The position numbers were made by a program, and so were the translations under genes. 64,000 nucleotides of DNA from Eledone cirrhosa (Eukaryota): positions 247,318,001 through 247,382,000 of the forward strand of contig OZ024743.1 of NCBI GenBank assembly GCA_964016885.1, in the 5' to 3' direction. Position 1 is the stretch's first letter, and each line of letters opens with the position of its first letter. This document shows positions 46,701 to 61,700 of this stretch, in pieces. The notes below the pieces were generated by a model, which had not been told where the DNA came from, did no database searches, and saw only the letters and a program-made list of their open reading frames with translations.

Positions 46701-49700
46701 TTGTAAAAAAAATCAGGGGCAGATAATTTGTAAAAAAAAAATCAGGGGTAGATAATTTGTAGAAGACATCAAGGGGAGATAATTTCCAGCCGTCCAAGGG
46801 GAGAAAATTTCCATCCAGCCAAGGGGAGATAATTTTTAAAAAAAAATCAGGCGTAGATAATTTGTAAAAAAAAATCAGGGGGAGATAATTAGTAAAAAAA
46901 ATCAAGGGGAGATAATTTCCAGCCGTCCAAGGGGAGATAATTTCCAGCCCTACAAGCAGCTATAATTTCCAGCCGTCCAAAGGGAGATAATTTCCAGCCG
47001 TCCAAGGGGAGATAATTTCCAGCCGTTCAAGTGGAGATAATTTCCAGCAGTCCAAGGAGAGGTAATTTCTAGCCGTCCAAGGGGAGATAATTTCCAGCCG
47101 TCCAAGGGGAGATAAATTCCAGCCAGCCAAGGGGAGATAATTTGTAAAAAAATCAGGGGGAGATAATTTGTAAAAAAAAATCAGGGGGAGATAATTTGTA
47201 AAAAAAAATCAGGGGGAGATAATTAGTAAAAAAAATCAAGGGGAGATAATTTCCAGCCGTCCAAGGGGAGATAATTTCCAGCCCTACAAGCAGCTATAAT
47301 TTCCAGCCGTCCAAAGGGAGATAATTTCCAGCCAGCGAAGGGGAGATAATTTTTTTTTAAATTAGGGGGAGATTTGTAAAAAAAATCAGGGGGAGATAAT
47401 TTGTAAAAAAAATCAAGGGGAAATAATTTCCAGCCGTCCAAGGGGAGATAATTTCCAGCCGTCCAAGGGGAGATAATTTCCAGCCGTCCAAGGAGAGGTA
47501 ATTTCTAGCCGTCCAAGGGGAGATAATTTCCAGCCGTCCAAGGGGAGATAATTTCCAGCCGTCCAAGGGGAGATAATTTCCAGCCGTTCAAGGGGAGATA
47601 ATTTCCAGCCGTCCAAGAGGAGATAATTTTTTTAAAAAAATCAGGCGGAGATAATTTGTAAAAAAAAATCAGGGGGAGATAATTTTAAAAAAAAAATCGG
47701 GGAGATAATTCGTAAAAATAAATCAGGGGGAGATAACATGTAAAAAAAATCAAGGGGAGATAATTTCCAGCCGTCCAAGGGAAGATAATTTCCAGCCCTC
47801 CAAGGGGCTATAATTTCCAGCGTCCAAGGGGAGATAATTTCCAGCCAGCGAAAGGGAGATCATTTTTTAAAAAAAGCAGGCGGAGATGATTTGTAAAAAA
47901 AATCAGGTGGAGATAATTTGTTAAAAAAAATCAGGGGGCGATAATTTCCAGCCGTCCAAGGGGAGATAATTTTCAGCCGTCCAAGGAGAGGTAATTTCTA
48001 GCCGTTCAAGGGGAGATAATTTCCAGCCGTCCAAGGGGAGATAATTTCCAGCCGTCCAAGGGGAGATAATTTAAAAAAAAAACCAGGCGGAGCTAATTTG
48101 TAAAAAAATAATCAGGGGCAGATAATTTGTAAAAAAAAATCAGGGGGAGATAATTTGTATACAAAATCAAGGGGAGATAATTTCCAGCCGTCCAAGGCGA
48201 GATAATTACCAGCCGTCCAAGGGGAGATAATTTACAGCTGTCCAAGGAGAGGTAATTTCTAGGCGTCCAAGGGGAGATAATTTCCAGCCGTCCAAGGGGA
48301 GATCATTTCCAGCCTGCCAAGGGGAGATAATTTCCAGGCAGCCAAGGGGAGATATTTGTAAAAAAAAATCAGGGGGAGATAATTAGTAAAAAAAATCAAG
48401 GGGAGATAATTTCCAGCCGTCCAAGGGGAGATAATTTCCAGCCCTACAAGCAGCTATAATTTCCAGCCGTCCAAAGGGAGATAATTTCCAGCCAGCGAAG
48501 GGGAGATAATTTCCATCCTTCCAAGGGGAGATAATTTCCAGCCGTCCAAGGGGAGATAATTTCCAGCAGTGCAAGGGGAGATAATTTCCAGCCGTCCAAG
48601 GGGAGATAATTTCCATCCTTCCAAGGGGAGATAATTTCCAGCCGTCCAAGGGGAGATAATTTTCAGCCGTCCAAGGAGAGGTAATTTCTAGCCGTCCAAG
48701 GGGAGATAATTTCTAGCCGTCCAAGGGGAGATAATTTCCAGCCGTCCAAGGGGAGATAATTTAAAAAAAAAATCAGGCGGAGCTAATTTGTAAAAAAAAA
48801 ATCAGGGGCAGATAATTTGTAAGAAGAAATCAGGGGGAGATAATTTGTATACAAAATCAAGGGGAGATAATTTCCAGCCGTCCAAGGGGAGATAATTTCC
48901 AGCCGTCCAAGGGGAGATAATTTCCAGCCAGCCAAGGGGAGATAATTTCCAGCCAGCCAAGGGGAGATATTTGTAAAAAAAATCAGGGGCAGATAATTTG
49001 TAAAAAAAAAATCAGGGGTAGATAATTTGTAGAAGACATCAAGGGGAGATAATTTCCAGCCGTCCAAGGGGAGAAAATTTCCATCCAGCCAAGGGGAGAT
49101 AATTTTTAAAAAAAAATCAGGCGTAGATAATTTGTAAAAAAAAATCAGGGGGAGATAATTAGTAAAAAAAATCAAGGGGAGATAATTTCCAGCCGTCCAA
49201 GGGGAGGTAATTTCCAGCCCTACAAGCAGCTATAATTTCCAGCCGTCCAAAGGGAGATAATTTCCAGCCGTCCAAGGGGAGATAATTTCCAGCCGTTCAA
49301 GTGGAGATAATTTCCAGCCGTCCAAGAAGAGGTAATTTCTAGCCGTCCAAGGGGAGATAATTTCCAGCCGTCCATGGGGAGATAAATTCCAGCCTCCAAG
49401 GGGAGATAATTTCCAGCCAGCCAAGGGGAGATAATTTGTAAAAAAATCAGGGGGAGATAATTTGTAAAAAAAAATCAGGGGGAGATAATTTGTAAAAAAA
49501 AATCAGTTGGAGATAATTTGTAAAAAAAAATCAGGGGGAGATAATTTGTAAAAAAAATCAAGGGGAGATAATTTTCAGCCGTCCAAGGGGAGATAATTTT
49601 CAGCCGTCCAAGGAGAGGTAATTTCTAGCCGTCCAAGGGGATATAATTTCCAGCCGTCCAAGGGGAGATAATTTCCAGCCGTCCAAGGGGAGATAATTTT

Positions 49701-52700
49701 TAAAAAAAATCAGGCGAAGATAATTTGTAAAAAAAAAATCAGGGGGAGATAATTTGTAAAAAAAAATCAGGGGTGATAATTTGCAAAAAAAATCAAGGGG
49801 AGATAATTTCCAGCCGTCCAAGGGAAGATAATTTCCAGCCCTCCAAGGGAAGATAACTTCCAGCCCTCCAAGGGGCTATAATTTCCAGCGTCCAAGGGGA
49901 GATAATTTCCAGCCAGCGAAGGGGAGATAATTTTTTAAAAAAATCACTGGGAGATTTGTAAAAAAATCAGGGGGAGATAATTTGTAAAAAAAATCAAGGG
50001 GAGATAATTTCCAGCCGTCCAAAGAGAGATAATTTCTAGCCGTCCAAGGGGAGATAATTTCCAGCCAAGGGGAAATAATTTCCAGCCGTCCAAGGGGAGA
50101 TAATTTCCAGCCGTGCAAGGGGAGATAATTTCCAGCCGTCCAAGGGGAGATAATTTCCATCCTTCAAAGGGGAGATAATTTCCAGGCGTCCAAGGGGAGA
50201 TAATTTCCAGCCAGCGAAGGGGAGCACTGGGAGATTTGTAAAAAAAATCAGGGGTAGATAATTTGTAAAAAAAATCAGGGGGAGATAATTTGTAAAAAAT
50301 CAAGGGGAGATAATTTCCAGCCGTCCAAGGGAAGATAATTTTCAGCCGTCCAAGGAGAGGTAATTTCTAGCCGTTCAAGGGGAGATAATTTCCAGCCGTC
50401 CAAGGGGAGATAATTTCCAGCCGTCCAAGGGGAGATAATTTTTTAAAAAAATCAGGCGGAGCTAATTTGTAAAAAAATAATCAGGGGCAGATAATTTGTA
50501 AAAAAAAATCAGGGGGAGATAATTTGTATACAAAATCAAGGGGAGATAATTTCCAGCCGTCCAAGGCGAGATAATTTCCAGCCGTCCAAGGGGAGATAAT
50601 TTACAGCTGTCCAAGTAGAGGTAATTTCTAGGCGTCCAAGGGGAGATAATTTCCAGCCGTCCAAGGGGAGATAATTTCCAGCCAGCCAAGGGGAGATAAT
50701 TTCCAGCCAGCCAAGGGGAGATATTTTTAAAAAAAAATCAGGGAGAGATAATTTGTAAAAAAAAAATCAGGGGTAGATAATTTGTAGAAGACATAAAGGG
50801 GAGATAATTTCCAGCCGTCCAAGGGGAGAAAATTTCCATCCAGCCAAGGGGAGATAATTTAAAAAAAAAAATCAGGCGGAGATAATTTGTAAAAAAAAAT
50901 CAGGGGGAGATAATTAGTAAAAAAAATCAAGGGGAGATAATTTCCAGCCGTCCAAGGGGAGATAATTTCCAGCCCTACAAGCAGCTATAATTTCCAGCCG
51001 TCCAAAGGGAGATAATTTCCAGCCAGCGAAGGGGAGATAATTTTTTTTTAAATTAGGGGGAGATTTGTAAAAAAAAATCAGGGGGAGATAATTTGTAAAA
51101 AAAATCAAGGGGAAATAATTTCCAGCCGTCCAAGGGGAGATAATTTCCAGCCGTCCAAGGGGAGATAATTTCCAGCCGTCCAAGGAGAGGTAATTTCTAG
51201 CCGTCCAAGGGGAGATAATTTCCAGCCGTCCAAGGGGAGATAATTTCCAGCCGTCCAAGGGGAGATAATTTCCAGCCGTTCAAGGGGAGATAATTTCCAG
51301 CCGTCCAAGAGGAGATAATTTTTTTAAAAAAATCAGGCGGAGATAATTTGTAAAAAAAAATCAGGGGGAGATAATTTGTAAAAAAAATCGGGGAGATAAT
51401 TCGTAAAAATAAATCAGGGGGAGATAACATGTAAAAAAAATCAAGGGGAGATAATTTCCAGCCGTCCAAGGGAAGATAATTTCCAGCCCTCCAAGGGGCT
51501 ATAATTTCCAGCGTCCAAGGGGAGATAATTTCCAGCCAGCGAAAGGGAGATCATTTTTTAAAAAAAGCAGGCGGAGATGATTTGTAAAAAAAATCAGGTG
51601 GAGATAATTTGTTAAAAAAAATCAGGGGGCGATAATTTCCAGCCGTCCAAGGGGAGATAATTTTCAGCCGTCCAAGGAGAGGTAATTTCTAGCCGTTCAA
51701 GGGGAGATAATTTCCAGCCGTCCAAGGGGAGATAATTTCCAGCCGTCCAAGGGGAGATAATTTTAAAAAAAAATCAGGCGGAGCTAATTTGTAAAAAAAT
51801 AATCAGGGGCAGATAATTTGTAAAAAAAAATCAGGGGGAGATAATTTGTATACAAAATCAAGGGGAGATAATTTCCAGCCGTCCAAGGCGAGATAATTTC
51901 CAGCCGTCCAAGGGGAGATAATTTACAGCTGTCCAAGGAGAGGTAATTTCTAGGCGTCCAAGGGGAGATAATTTCCAGCCGTCCAAGGGGAGATCATTTC
52001 CAGCCTGCCAAGGGGAGATAATTTCCAGGCAGCCAAGGGGAGATATTTGTAAAAAAAAATCAGGGGGAGATAATTAGTAAAAAAAATCAAGGGGAGATAA
52101 TTTCCAGCCGTCCAAGGGGAGATAATTTCCAGCCCTACAAGCAGCTATAATTTCCAGCCGTCCAAAGGGAGATAATTTCCAGCCAGCGAAGGGGAGATAA
52201 TTTTTTTTAAAATTAGGGGGAGATTTGTAAAAAAATCAGGGGGAGATAATTTCCAGCCGTCCAAGGGAAGATAATTTCCAGCCGTCCAAGGGGAGATAAT
52301 TTCCAGCCGTCCAAGGAGAGGTAATTTCTAGCCGTCCAAGGGGAGATAAATTCCAGCCTCCAAGGGGAGATAATTTCCAGCCAGCCAAGGGGAGATAATT
52401 TGTAAAAAAATCAGGGGGAGATAATTTGTAAAAAAAATCAGGGGGAGATAATTTGTAAAAAAAAATCAGGGGGAGATAATTCGTAAAAAAAAATCAGGGG
52501 GAGATAATTTGTAAAAAAAATCAAGGGGAGATAATTTCCAGCCGTCCAAGGGGAGATAATTTCCAGCCGTCCAAGGGGAGATAATTTTTAAAAAAAAATC
52601 AGGCGGAGATAATTTATAAAAAAAAAATCAGGGGGAGATAATTTGTAAAAAAAAATCGGGGAGATAATTTGTAAAAAAAAATCAGGGGGAGATAATATGT

Positions 52701-55700
52701 AAAAAAAATCAAGGGGAGATAATTTCCAGCCGTCCAAGGGAAGATAATTTCCAGCCCTCCAAGGGGCTATAATTTCCAGCGTCCAAGGGGAGATAATTTC
52801 CAGCCAGCGAAAGGGAGATAATTTTTTTAAAAAAATCACTGTGAGATTTGTAAAAAAAATCAGGGGGAGATAATTTGTAAAAAAAATCAAGGGGAGATAA
52901 TTTCCAGCCGTCCAAAGAGAGATAATTTCTAACCGTCCAAGGGGAGATAATTTCCAGCCAAGGGGAGATAATTTCCAGCCGTCCAAGGGGAGATAATTTC
53001 CAGCCGTGCAAGGGGAGATAATTTCCAGCCGTCCAAATGGAGATAATTTCCATCCTTCCAAGGGGAGATAATTTCCAGCCGTCCAAGGGGAGATTATTTC
53101 CCGCCAGCCAAGGGAAGATAATATTTAAAAAAATCAGGCGGAGATAATTTGTAAAATAAATTAGGGGGAGATAATTTGTAAAAAAATCAGGGGGAGATAA
53201 TTTGTAAAAAAGATCAGGTGGAGATAATTTGTAAAAAAAAATCAGGGGTAGATAATATGTAAAATAAAATCAGGGGGAGATAATTTGTAAAAAAAAAATC
53301 AGGGGGAGATAATTTGTAAAAAAAATCAAGGGGAGATAATTTCCAGCCAAGGGGAGATAATTTCCAGCCGTCCAAGGGGAGATAATTTTTTAAAATATCA
53401 GGTGGAGATAATTTGTAAAAAAAATCAGGGGGAGATAATTTGTAAAAACAAAATCAAGGGCAGATAATTTCCAGCCGTCCAAGGGGAGATAATTTCCAGC
53501 CGTGCAAGGGGAGATAATTTGTAAAAAAAATCAGGGGGAGATAATTTCCAGCCGTCCAAGGGGAGATAATTTTCAGCCGTCCAAGGAGAGGTAATTTCTA
53601 GCCGTCCAAGGGAAGATAATTTCCAGCCGTGCAAGGGGAGATAATTTCCAGCCGTCCAAGGGGAGATAATTTCCATCCAGCCAAGGGGAGATAATTTTAA
53701 AAAAATCAGGCGGAGATAATTTATAAAAAAAAAAATCAGGGGGAGATAATTTGTAAAAAAAAATCAGGGGGAGATAATTTGTAAAAAAATCAGGGATAGA
53801 TAATTTGTAAAAAAAATCAAGGGGAGATAATTTCCAGCCGTCCAAGGGGAGATAATTTCCAGCCAGCGAAGGAGAGATAATTTATAGCCGTCCAAGGGGA
53901 GATAATTTCCAGCAAGCCAAGGGAGATAATTTTAAAAAAAAATCAGGCGGAGATGATTTGTAAAAAAAAATCAGGGGGCGATAATTTCCAGCCGTCCAAG
54001 GGGAGATAATTTCCAGCCGTCCAAGGGGAGATAATTTTTTTTTTATAGCCGTCCAAGGGGAGATAATTTCCAGCAAGCCAAGGGAGATAATTTTTTAAAA
54101 AAATCAGGCGGAGATAATTTGTTAAAAAAAATCAGGGGGCGATAATTTCCAGCCGTCCAAGGGGAGATAATTTCCAGCCGTCCAAGGGGAGATAATTTTT
54201 TTTTTAAATCAGGGGAGATAATTTGTAAAAAAAATCAGGGGGAGATAATTTGTGAAAAAATCAGGGGGAGATAATTTGTAAAAAAAAATCAGGGGGAGCT
54301 AATTTGTAAAAAATATCAGTGGGAGATAATTTCCAGCCAGCCAAGGGGAGATAATTTGTAAAAAAAATCAATGGGAGATAATTTCCAGCCGTCCAAGGGG
54401 AGATAATTTCCAGCCAGCCAAGGGGAGATAATTTCCAGCCAGCCAAGGGGAGATATTTGTAAAAAAAAATCAGGGAGAGATAATTTGTAAAAAAAAAATC
54501 AGGGGGAGATAATTTGTAAAAAAAAATCAGGGGGAGATAATTTGTAAAAAAATCAAGGGGAGATAATTTCCAGCCGTCCAAGGGAAGATAATTTCCAGCC
54601 TCCAAGGGGCTATAATTTCCAGCGTCCAAGGGGAGATAATTTCCAGCCAGCGAAGGGGAGATAATTTCCAGCCAGCGAAGGGGAGATAATTTTTTTTAAA
54701 AAATCAGGCGGAGATAATTTGTAAAAAAAAATCAGGGTGAGATAATTAGTGAAAAAAATCAAGGGGAGATAATTTCCAGCCGTCCAAGGGGAGATAATTT
54801 CCAGCCCTACAAGCGGCTATAATTTCCAGCCGTCCAAAGGAAGATAATTTCCAGCCAGCGAAGGGGAGATAATTTTTTTTAAATTAGGGGGAGATTTGTA
54901 AAAAAAAATCAGGGGGTTGATAATTTGTAAAAAAAATCAAGGGGAATTAATTTCCAGCCGTCCAAGGGGAGATAATTTCCAGCCGTCCAAGGGCAGATAA
55001 TTTCCAGCCGTCCAAGGAGAGGTAATATCTAGCCGTCCAAGGGGAGATAATTTCCAGCCGTCCAAGGGGAGATAATTTCCAGCCGTCCAAGGGGAGATAA
55101 TTTCCAGCCGTCCAAGGAGACATAATTTCCAGCCGTCCAAGGAGAGGTAATTTCTAGCCGTCCAAGGGGAGATAAATTCCAGCCTCCAAGGGGAGATAAT
55201 TTCCAGCCAGCCAAGGGGAGATAATTTGTAAAAAAAATCAGGAGATAATTTGTAAAAAAAAATCAGGGGGAGATAATTTGTAAAAAAAAATCAGGGGGAG
55301 ATAATTTGTAAAAAAAATCAAGGGGAGATAATTTCCAGCCGTCCAAGGGGAGATAATTTTCAGCCGTCCAAGGAGAGGTAATTTCTAGCCGTCCAAGGGG
55401 AGATAATTTCCAGCCGTCCAAGGGGAGATAATTTCCAGCCGTCCAAGGGGAGATAATTTAAAAAAAAAATCAGGCGGAGATAATTTGTAAAAAAAAAATC
55501 AGGGGGAGATAATTTGTAGAAAAAAATCAGGGGGAGATAATTTGTAAAAAAAATCAAGGGGAGATAATTTCCAGCCGTCCAAGGGGAGATAATTTTCAGC
55601 CGTCCAAGGAGAGGTAATTTCTAGCCGTCCAAGGGAAGATAATTTCCAGCCCTCCAAGGGAAGATAAATTCCAGCCCTCCAAGGGGCTATAATTTCCAGC

Positions 55701-58700
55701 GTCCAAGGGGAGATAATTTCCAGCCAGCGAAGGGGAGATAATTTTTAAAAAAAAATCACTGGGAGATTTGTAAAAAAAATCAGGGGGAGATAATTTGTAA
55801 AAAAAATCAAGGGGAGATAAGTTCCAGCCGTCCAAAGAGAGATAATTTCTAGCCGTCGAAGGGGAGATAATTTCCAGCAGTGCAAGGGGAGATAATTTCC
55901 AGCCGTCCAAGGGGAGATAATTTCCATCCTTCCAAGGGGAGATAATTTCCAGCCGTCCAAGGGGAGATAATTTCCCGCCAGCCAAGGGAAGATAATATTT
56001 AAAAAAATCAGGCGGAGATAATTTGAAAAAAAAATCAGGGGAAGATAATTTGTAAAAAAATCAGGGGGAGATAATTTGTAAAAAAAATCAGGGGGAGATA
56101 ATTTGTAAAAAAAATCAGGGGGAGATAATTTGTAAAAACAAAATCAAGGGCAGATAATTTCCAGCCGTCCAAGGGGAGATAATTTTCAGCCGTCCAAGGA
56201 GAGGTAATTTCTAGCCGTCCAAGGGGAGATAATTTCCAGCCGTCCAATGGGAGATAATTTCCAGACGTCCAAGGGGAGATAATTTCCAGCCAGCGAAGGG
56301 GAGATAATTTTTTTAAAAAATCACTGGGAGATTTGTAAAAAAAATCAGGGGGAGATAATTTGTAAAAAAAATCAAGGGGAGATAATTTCCAGCCAGCGAA
56401 GGGGAGATAATTTTTTTTTTTAAATCAGGGGTAGATTGGTAAAAAAAAATCACGGGGAGATAATTTGTAAAAAAATCAAGGGGAGATAATTTCCAGCCGT
56501 CGAAGGAGAGATAATTTATAGCCGTCCAAGGGGAGATAATTTCCAACAAGCCAAGGGAGATAATTTAAAAAAAAAATCAGGCGGAGATGATTTTTTAAAA
56601 AAAATCAGGTGGAGATAATTTGTTAAAAAAAATCAGGGGTCGATAATTTCCAGCCGTCCAAGGGGAGATAATTTTTTTTTTAAATCAGGGGAGATAATTT
56701 GTAAAAAAAATCAGGGGGAGATAATTTGTGAAAAAAATCAGGGGGAGATAATTTGTAAAAAAAAACAGGGGGAGCTAATTTGTAAAAAAATATCAGGGGG
56801 AGATAATTTCCAGCCAGCCAAGGGGAGATAATTTCCAGCCAGCCAAGGGGAGATTATTTGTAAAAAAAAATCAATGGGAGATAATTTCCAGCCGTCCAAG
56901 GGGAGATAATTTCCAGCCGTCCAAGGGGAGATAATTTCCAGCCGTCCAAGGGGAGATAATTTTTAAAAAATAATCAGGCGGAGATAAGTTGCAAAAAAAA
57001 ATCAGGTGGAGATAATTTGTAAAAAAAAATCAGGGGGAGATAATTTGTAAAAAAAATCAAGGGGAAATAATTTCTAGCCGTCCAAGGGGAGATAATTTCC
57101 AGCCGTCCAAGGGGAGATAATTTCCAGCCGTCCAAGGAGAGGTAATTTCTAGCCGTCCAAGGGGAGATAATTTCCAGCCGTCCAAGGGGAGATAATTTCC
57201 AGCCGTCCAAGGGGAGATAATTTCCAGCCGTTCAAAGGGAGATAATTTCCAGCCGTCCAAGGAGAGGTAATTTCTAGCCGTCCAAGGGGAGATAATTTCC
57301 AGCCGTCCAAGGGGAGATAAATTCCAGCCTCCAAGGGGAGATAATTTCCAGCCAGCCAAGGGGAGTTAATTTGTAAAAAAAAATCAGGGGGAGATAATTT
57401 GTAAAAAAAAATCAGAGGGAGATAATTTGTAAAAAAAATCAAGGGGAGATAATTTCCAGCCGTCCAAGGGGAGGTAATTTCTAGCCGTCCAAGGGGAGTT
57501 AATTTCCAGCCGTCCAAGGGGAGATAATTTCCAGCCGTCCAAGGGGAGATAATTTTTTTTAAAAAATCAGGCGGAGACAATTTGTAAAAAAAAAATCAGG
57601 GGGAGATAATTTGTAGAAAAAAATCGGGGAGATAATTTGTAAAAAAAAATCAGGGGGAGATAATATGTAACAAAAATCAAGGGGAGATAATTTCCAGCCG
57701 TCCAAGGGAAGATAATTTCCAGCCCTCCAAGGGGCTATAATTTCCAGCGTCCAAGGGGAGATAATTTCCAGCAAACGGGAGATAATTTCCAGCCGTCCAA
57801 GGGGAGATAATTTTTTCAAAAATCAGGAGATAATTTGTAAAAAAAATCAGGGGGAGATAATTTGTAAAAACAAAATCAAGGGCAGCTAATTTCGAGCCGT
57901 CCAAGGGAAGATAATTTCCAGCCCTCCAAGGGAAGATAACTTCCAGCCCTCCAAGGGGCTATAATTTCCAGCGTCCAAGGGGAGATAATTTCCAGCCAGC
58001 GAAGGGGAGATAATTTTTTTTAAAAATCACTGGGAGATTTGTAAAAAAAATCAGGGGGAGATAATTTGTAAAAAAAATCAAGGGGAGATAATTTCCAGCC
58101 GTCCAAAGAGAGATAATTTCTAGCCGTCCAAGGGGAGATAATTTCCAGCCAAGGGGAGATAATTTCCAGCCGTCCAAGGGGAGATAATTTTTAAAAAAAT
58201 CAGGTGGAGATAATTTGTAAAAAAAATCGGGAAGATAATTTGTAAAAACAAAATCAAGGGCAGATAATTTCCAGCCGTCCAAGGGGAGATAATTTCCAGC
58301 AGTGCAAGGGGAGATAATTTCCAGCCGTCCAAGGGGAGATAATTTCCATCCTTCCAAGGGGAGATAATTTCCAGGCGTCCAAGGGGAGATAATTTCCAGC
58401 CGTCCAAGGGGAGATAATTTCCATCCTTCCAAGGGGAGATAATTTCCAGCCGTCCAAGGGGAGATAATTTCCAGCAGTGCAAGGGGAGATAATTTCCAGC
58501 CGTCCAAGGGGAGATAATTTCCATCCTTCCAAGGGGAGATAATTTCCAGCCGTCCAAGGGGAGATAATTTCCATCCTTCCAAGGGGAGATAATGTCCAGC
58601 CGTCCAAGGGGAGATAATTTCCAGCAGTGCAAGGGGAGATAATTTCCAGCCGTCCAAGGGGAGATAATTTCCATCCTTCCAAGGGGAGATAATTTCCAGC

Positions 58701-61700
58701 CGTCCAAGGGGAGATAATTTTCAGCCGTCCAAGGAGAGGTAATTTCTAGCCGTCCAAGGGGAGATAATTTCTAGCCGTCCAAGGGGAGATAATTTCCAGC
58801 CGTCCAAGGGGAGATAATTTTAAAAAAAAATCAGGCGGAGCTAATTTGTAAAAAAAAAATCAGGGGCAGATAATTTGTTAGAAGAAATCAGGGGGAGATA
58901 ATTTGTATACAAAATCAAGGGGAGATAATTTCCAGCCGTCCAAGGGGAGATAATTTCCAGCCGTCCAAGGGGAGATAATTTCCAGCCAGCCAAGGGGAGA
59001 TAATTTCCAGCCAGCCAAGGGTAGATATTTGTAAAAAAAATCAGGGGCAGATAATTTGTAAAAAAAAATCAGGGGTAGATAATTTGTAGAAGACATCAAG
59101 GGGAGATAATTTCCAGCCGTCCAAGGGGAGAAAATTTCCATCCAGCCAAGGGGAGATAATTTTTTAAAAAAAATCAGGCGTAGATAATTTGTAAAAAAAA
59201 ATCAGGGGGAGATAATTAGTAAAAAAAATCAAGGGGAGATAATTTCCAGCCGTCCAAGGGGAGATAATTTCCAGCCCTACAAGCAGCTATAATTTCCAGC
59301 CGTCCAAAGGGAGATAATTTCCAGCCGTCCAAGGGGAGATAATTTCCAGCCGTTCAAGTGGAGATAATTTCCAGCCGTCCAAGGAGAGGTAATTTCTAGC
59401 CGTCCAAGGGGAGATAATTTCCAGCCGTCCAAGGGGAGATAAATTCCAGCCTCCAAGGGGAGATAATTTCCAGCCAGCCAAGGGGAGATAATTTGTAAAA
59501 AAATCAGGGGGAGATAATTTGTAAAAAAAAATCAGGGGGAGATAATTTGTAAAAAAAAATCAGTTGGAGATAATTTGTAAAAAAAAATCAAGGGGAGATA
59601 ATTTTCAGCCGTCCAAGGGGAGATAATTTTCAGCCGTCCAAGGAGAGGTAATTTCTAGCCGTCCAAGGGGATATAATTTCCAGCCGTCCAAGGGGAGATA
59701 ATTTCCAGCCGTCCAAGGGGAGATAATTTTAAAAAAAAATCAGGCGAAGATAATTTGTAAAAAAAAAATCAGGGGGAGATAATTTGTAAAAAAAAATCAG
59801 GGGTGATAATTTGTAAAAAAAATCAAGGGGAGATAATTTCCAGCCGTCCAAGGGAAGATAATTTCCAGCCCTCCAAGGGAAGATAACTTCCAGCCCTCCA
59901 AGGGGCTATAATTTCCAGCGTCCAAGGGGAGATAATTTCCAGCCAGCGAAGGGGAGATAATTTTTTTAAAAAATCACTGGGAGATTTGTAAAAAAAATCA
60001 GGGGGAGATAATTTGTAAAAAAAATCAAGGGGAGATAATTTCCAGCCGTCCAAAGAGAGATAATTTCTAGCCGTCCAAGGGGAGATAATTTCCAGCCAAG
60101 GGGAAATAATTTCCAGCCGTCCAAGGGGAGATAATTTCCAGCCGTGCAAGGGGAGATAATTTCCAGCCGTCCAAGGGGAGATAATTTCCATCCTTCCAAG
60201 GGGAGATAATTTCCAGGCGTCCAAGGGGAGATAATTTCCAGCCAGCGAAGGGGAGCACTGGGAGATTTGTAAAAAAAATCAGGGGTAGATAATTTGTAAA
60301 AAAAATCAGGGGGAGATAATTTGTAAAAAAAAAAGGGGAGATAATTTCCAGCCGTCCAAGGGAAGATAATTTTCAGCCGTCCAAGGAGAGGTAATTTCTA
60401 GCCGTTCAAGGGGAGATAATTTCCAGCCGTCCAAGGGGAGATAATTTCCAGCCGTCCAAGGGGAGATAATTTTTAAAAAAAATCAGGCGGAGCTAATTTG
60501 TAAAAAAATAATCAGGGGCAGATAATTTGTAAAAAAAAATCAGGGGGAGATAATTTGTATACAAAATCAAGGGGAGATAATTTCCAGCCGTCCAAGGCGA
60601 GATAATTTCCAGCCGTCCAAGGGGAGATAATTTACAGCTGTCCAAGTAGAGGTAATTTCTAGGCGTCCAAGGGGAGATAATTTCTAGCCGTCCAAGGGGA
60701 GATAATTTCCAGCCAGCCAAGGGGAGATAATTTCCAGCCAGCCAAGGGGAGATATTTGTAAAAAAAATCAGGGAGAGATAATTTGTAAAAAAAAAATCAG
60801 GGGTAGATAATTTGTAGAAGACATAAAGGGGAGATAATTTCCAGCCGTCCAAGGGGAGAAAATTTCCATCCAGCCAAGGGGAGATAATTTTAAAAAAAAA
60901 ATCAGGCGGAGATAATTTGTAAAAAAAATCAAGGGGAGATAATTTCCAGCCGTCCAAGGGGAGATAATTTCCAGCCCTACAAGCAGCTATAATTTCCAGC
61001 CGTCCAAAGGGAGATAATTTCCAGCCAGCGAAGGGGAGATAATTTATTTTTAAATTAGGGGGAAATTTGTAAAAAAAATCAGGGGGAGATAATTTGTAAA
61101 AAAAATCAAGGGGAAATAATTTCCAGCCGTCCAAGGGGAGATAATTTCCAGCCGTCCAAGGGGAGATAATTTCCAGCCGTCCAAGGAGAGGTAATTTCTA
61201 GCCGTCCAAGGGGAGATAATTTCCAGCCGTCCAAGGGGAGATAATTTCCAGCCGTCCAAGGGGAGATAATTTCCAGCCGTTCAAGGGGAGATAATTTCCA
61301 GCCGTCCAAGAGGAGATAATTTTTAAAAAAAAATCAGGCGGAGATAATTTGTAAAAAAAAATCAGGGGGAGATAATTTGTAAAAAAAAATCGGGGAGATA
61401 ATTCGTAAAAATAAATCAGGGGGAGATAACATGTAAAAAAAATCAAGGGGAGATAATTTCCAGCCGTCCAAGGGAAGATAATTTCCAGCCCTCCAAGGGG
61501 CTATAATTTCCAGCGTCCAAGGGGAGATAATTTCCAGCCAGCGAAAGGGAGATCATTTTTTAAAAAAAGCAGGCGGAGATGATTTGTAAAAAAAATCAGG
61601 TGGAGATAATTTGTTAAAAAAAATCAGGGGGCGATAATTTCCAGCCGTCCAAGGGGAGATAATTTTCAGCCGTCCAAGGAGAGGTAATTTCTAGCCGTCC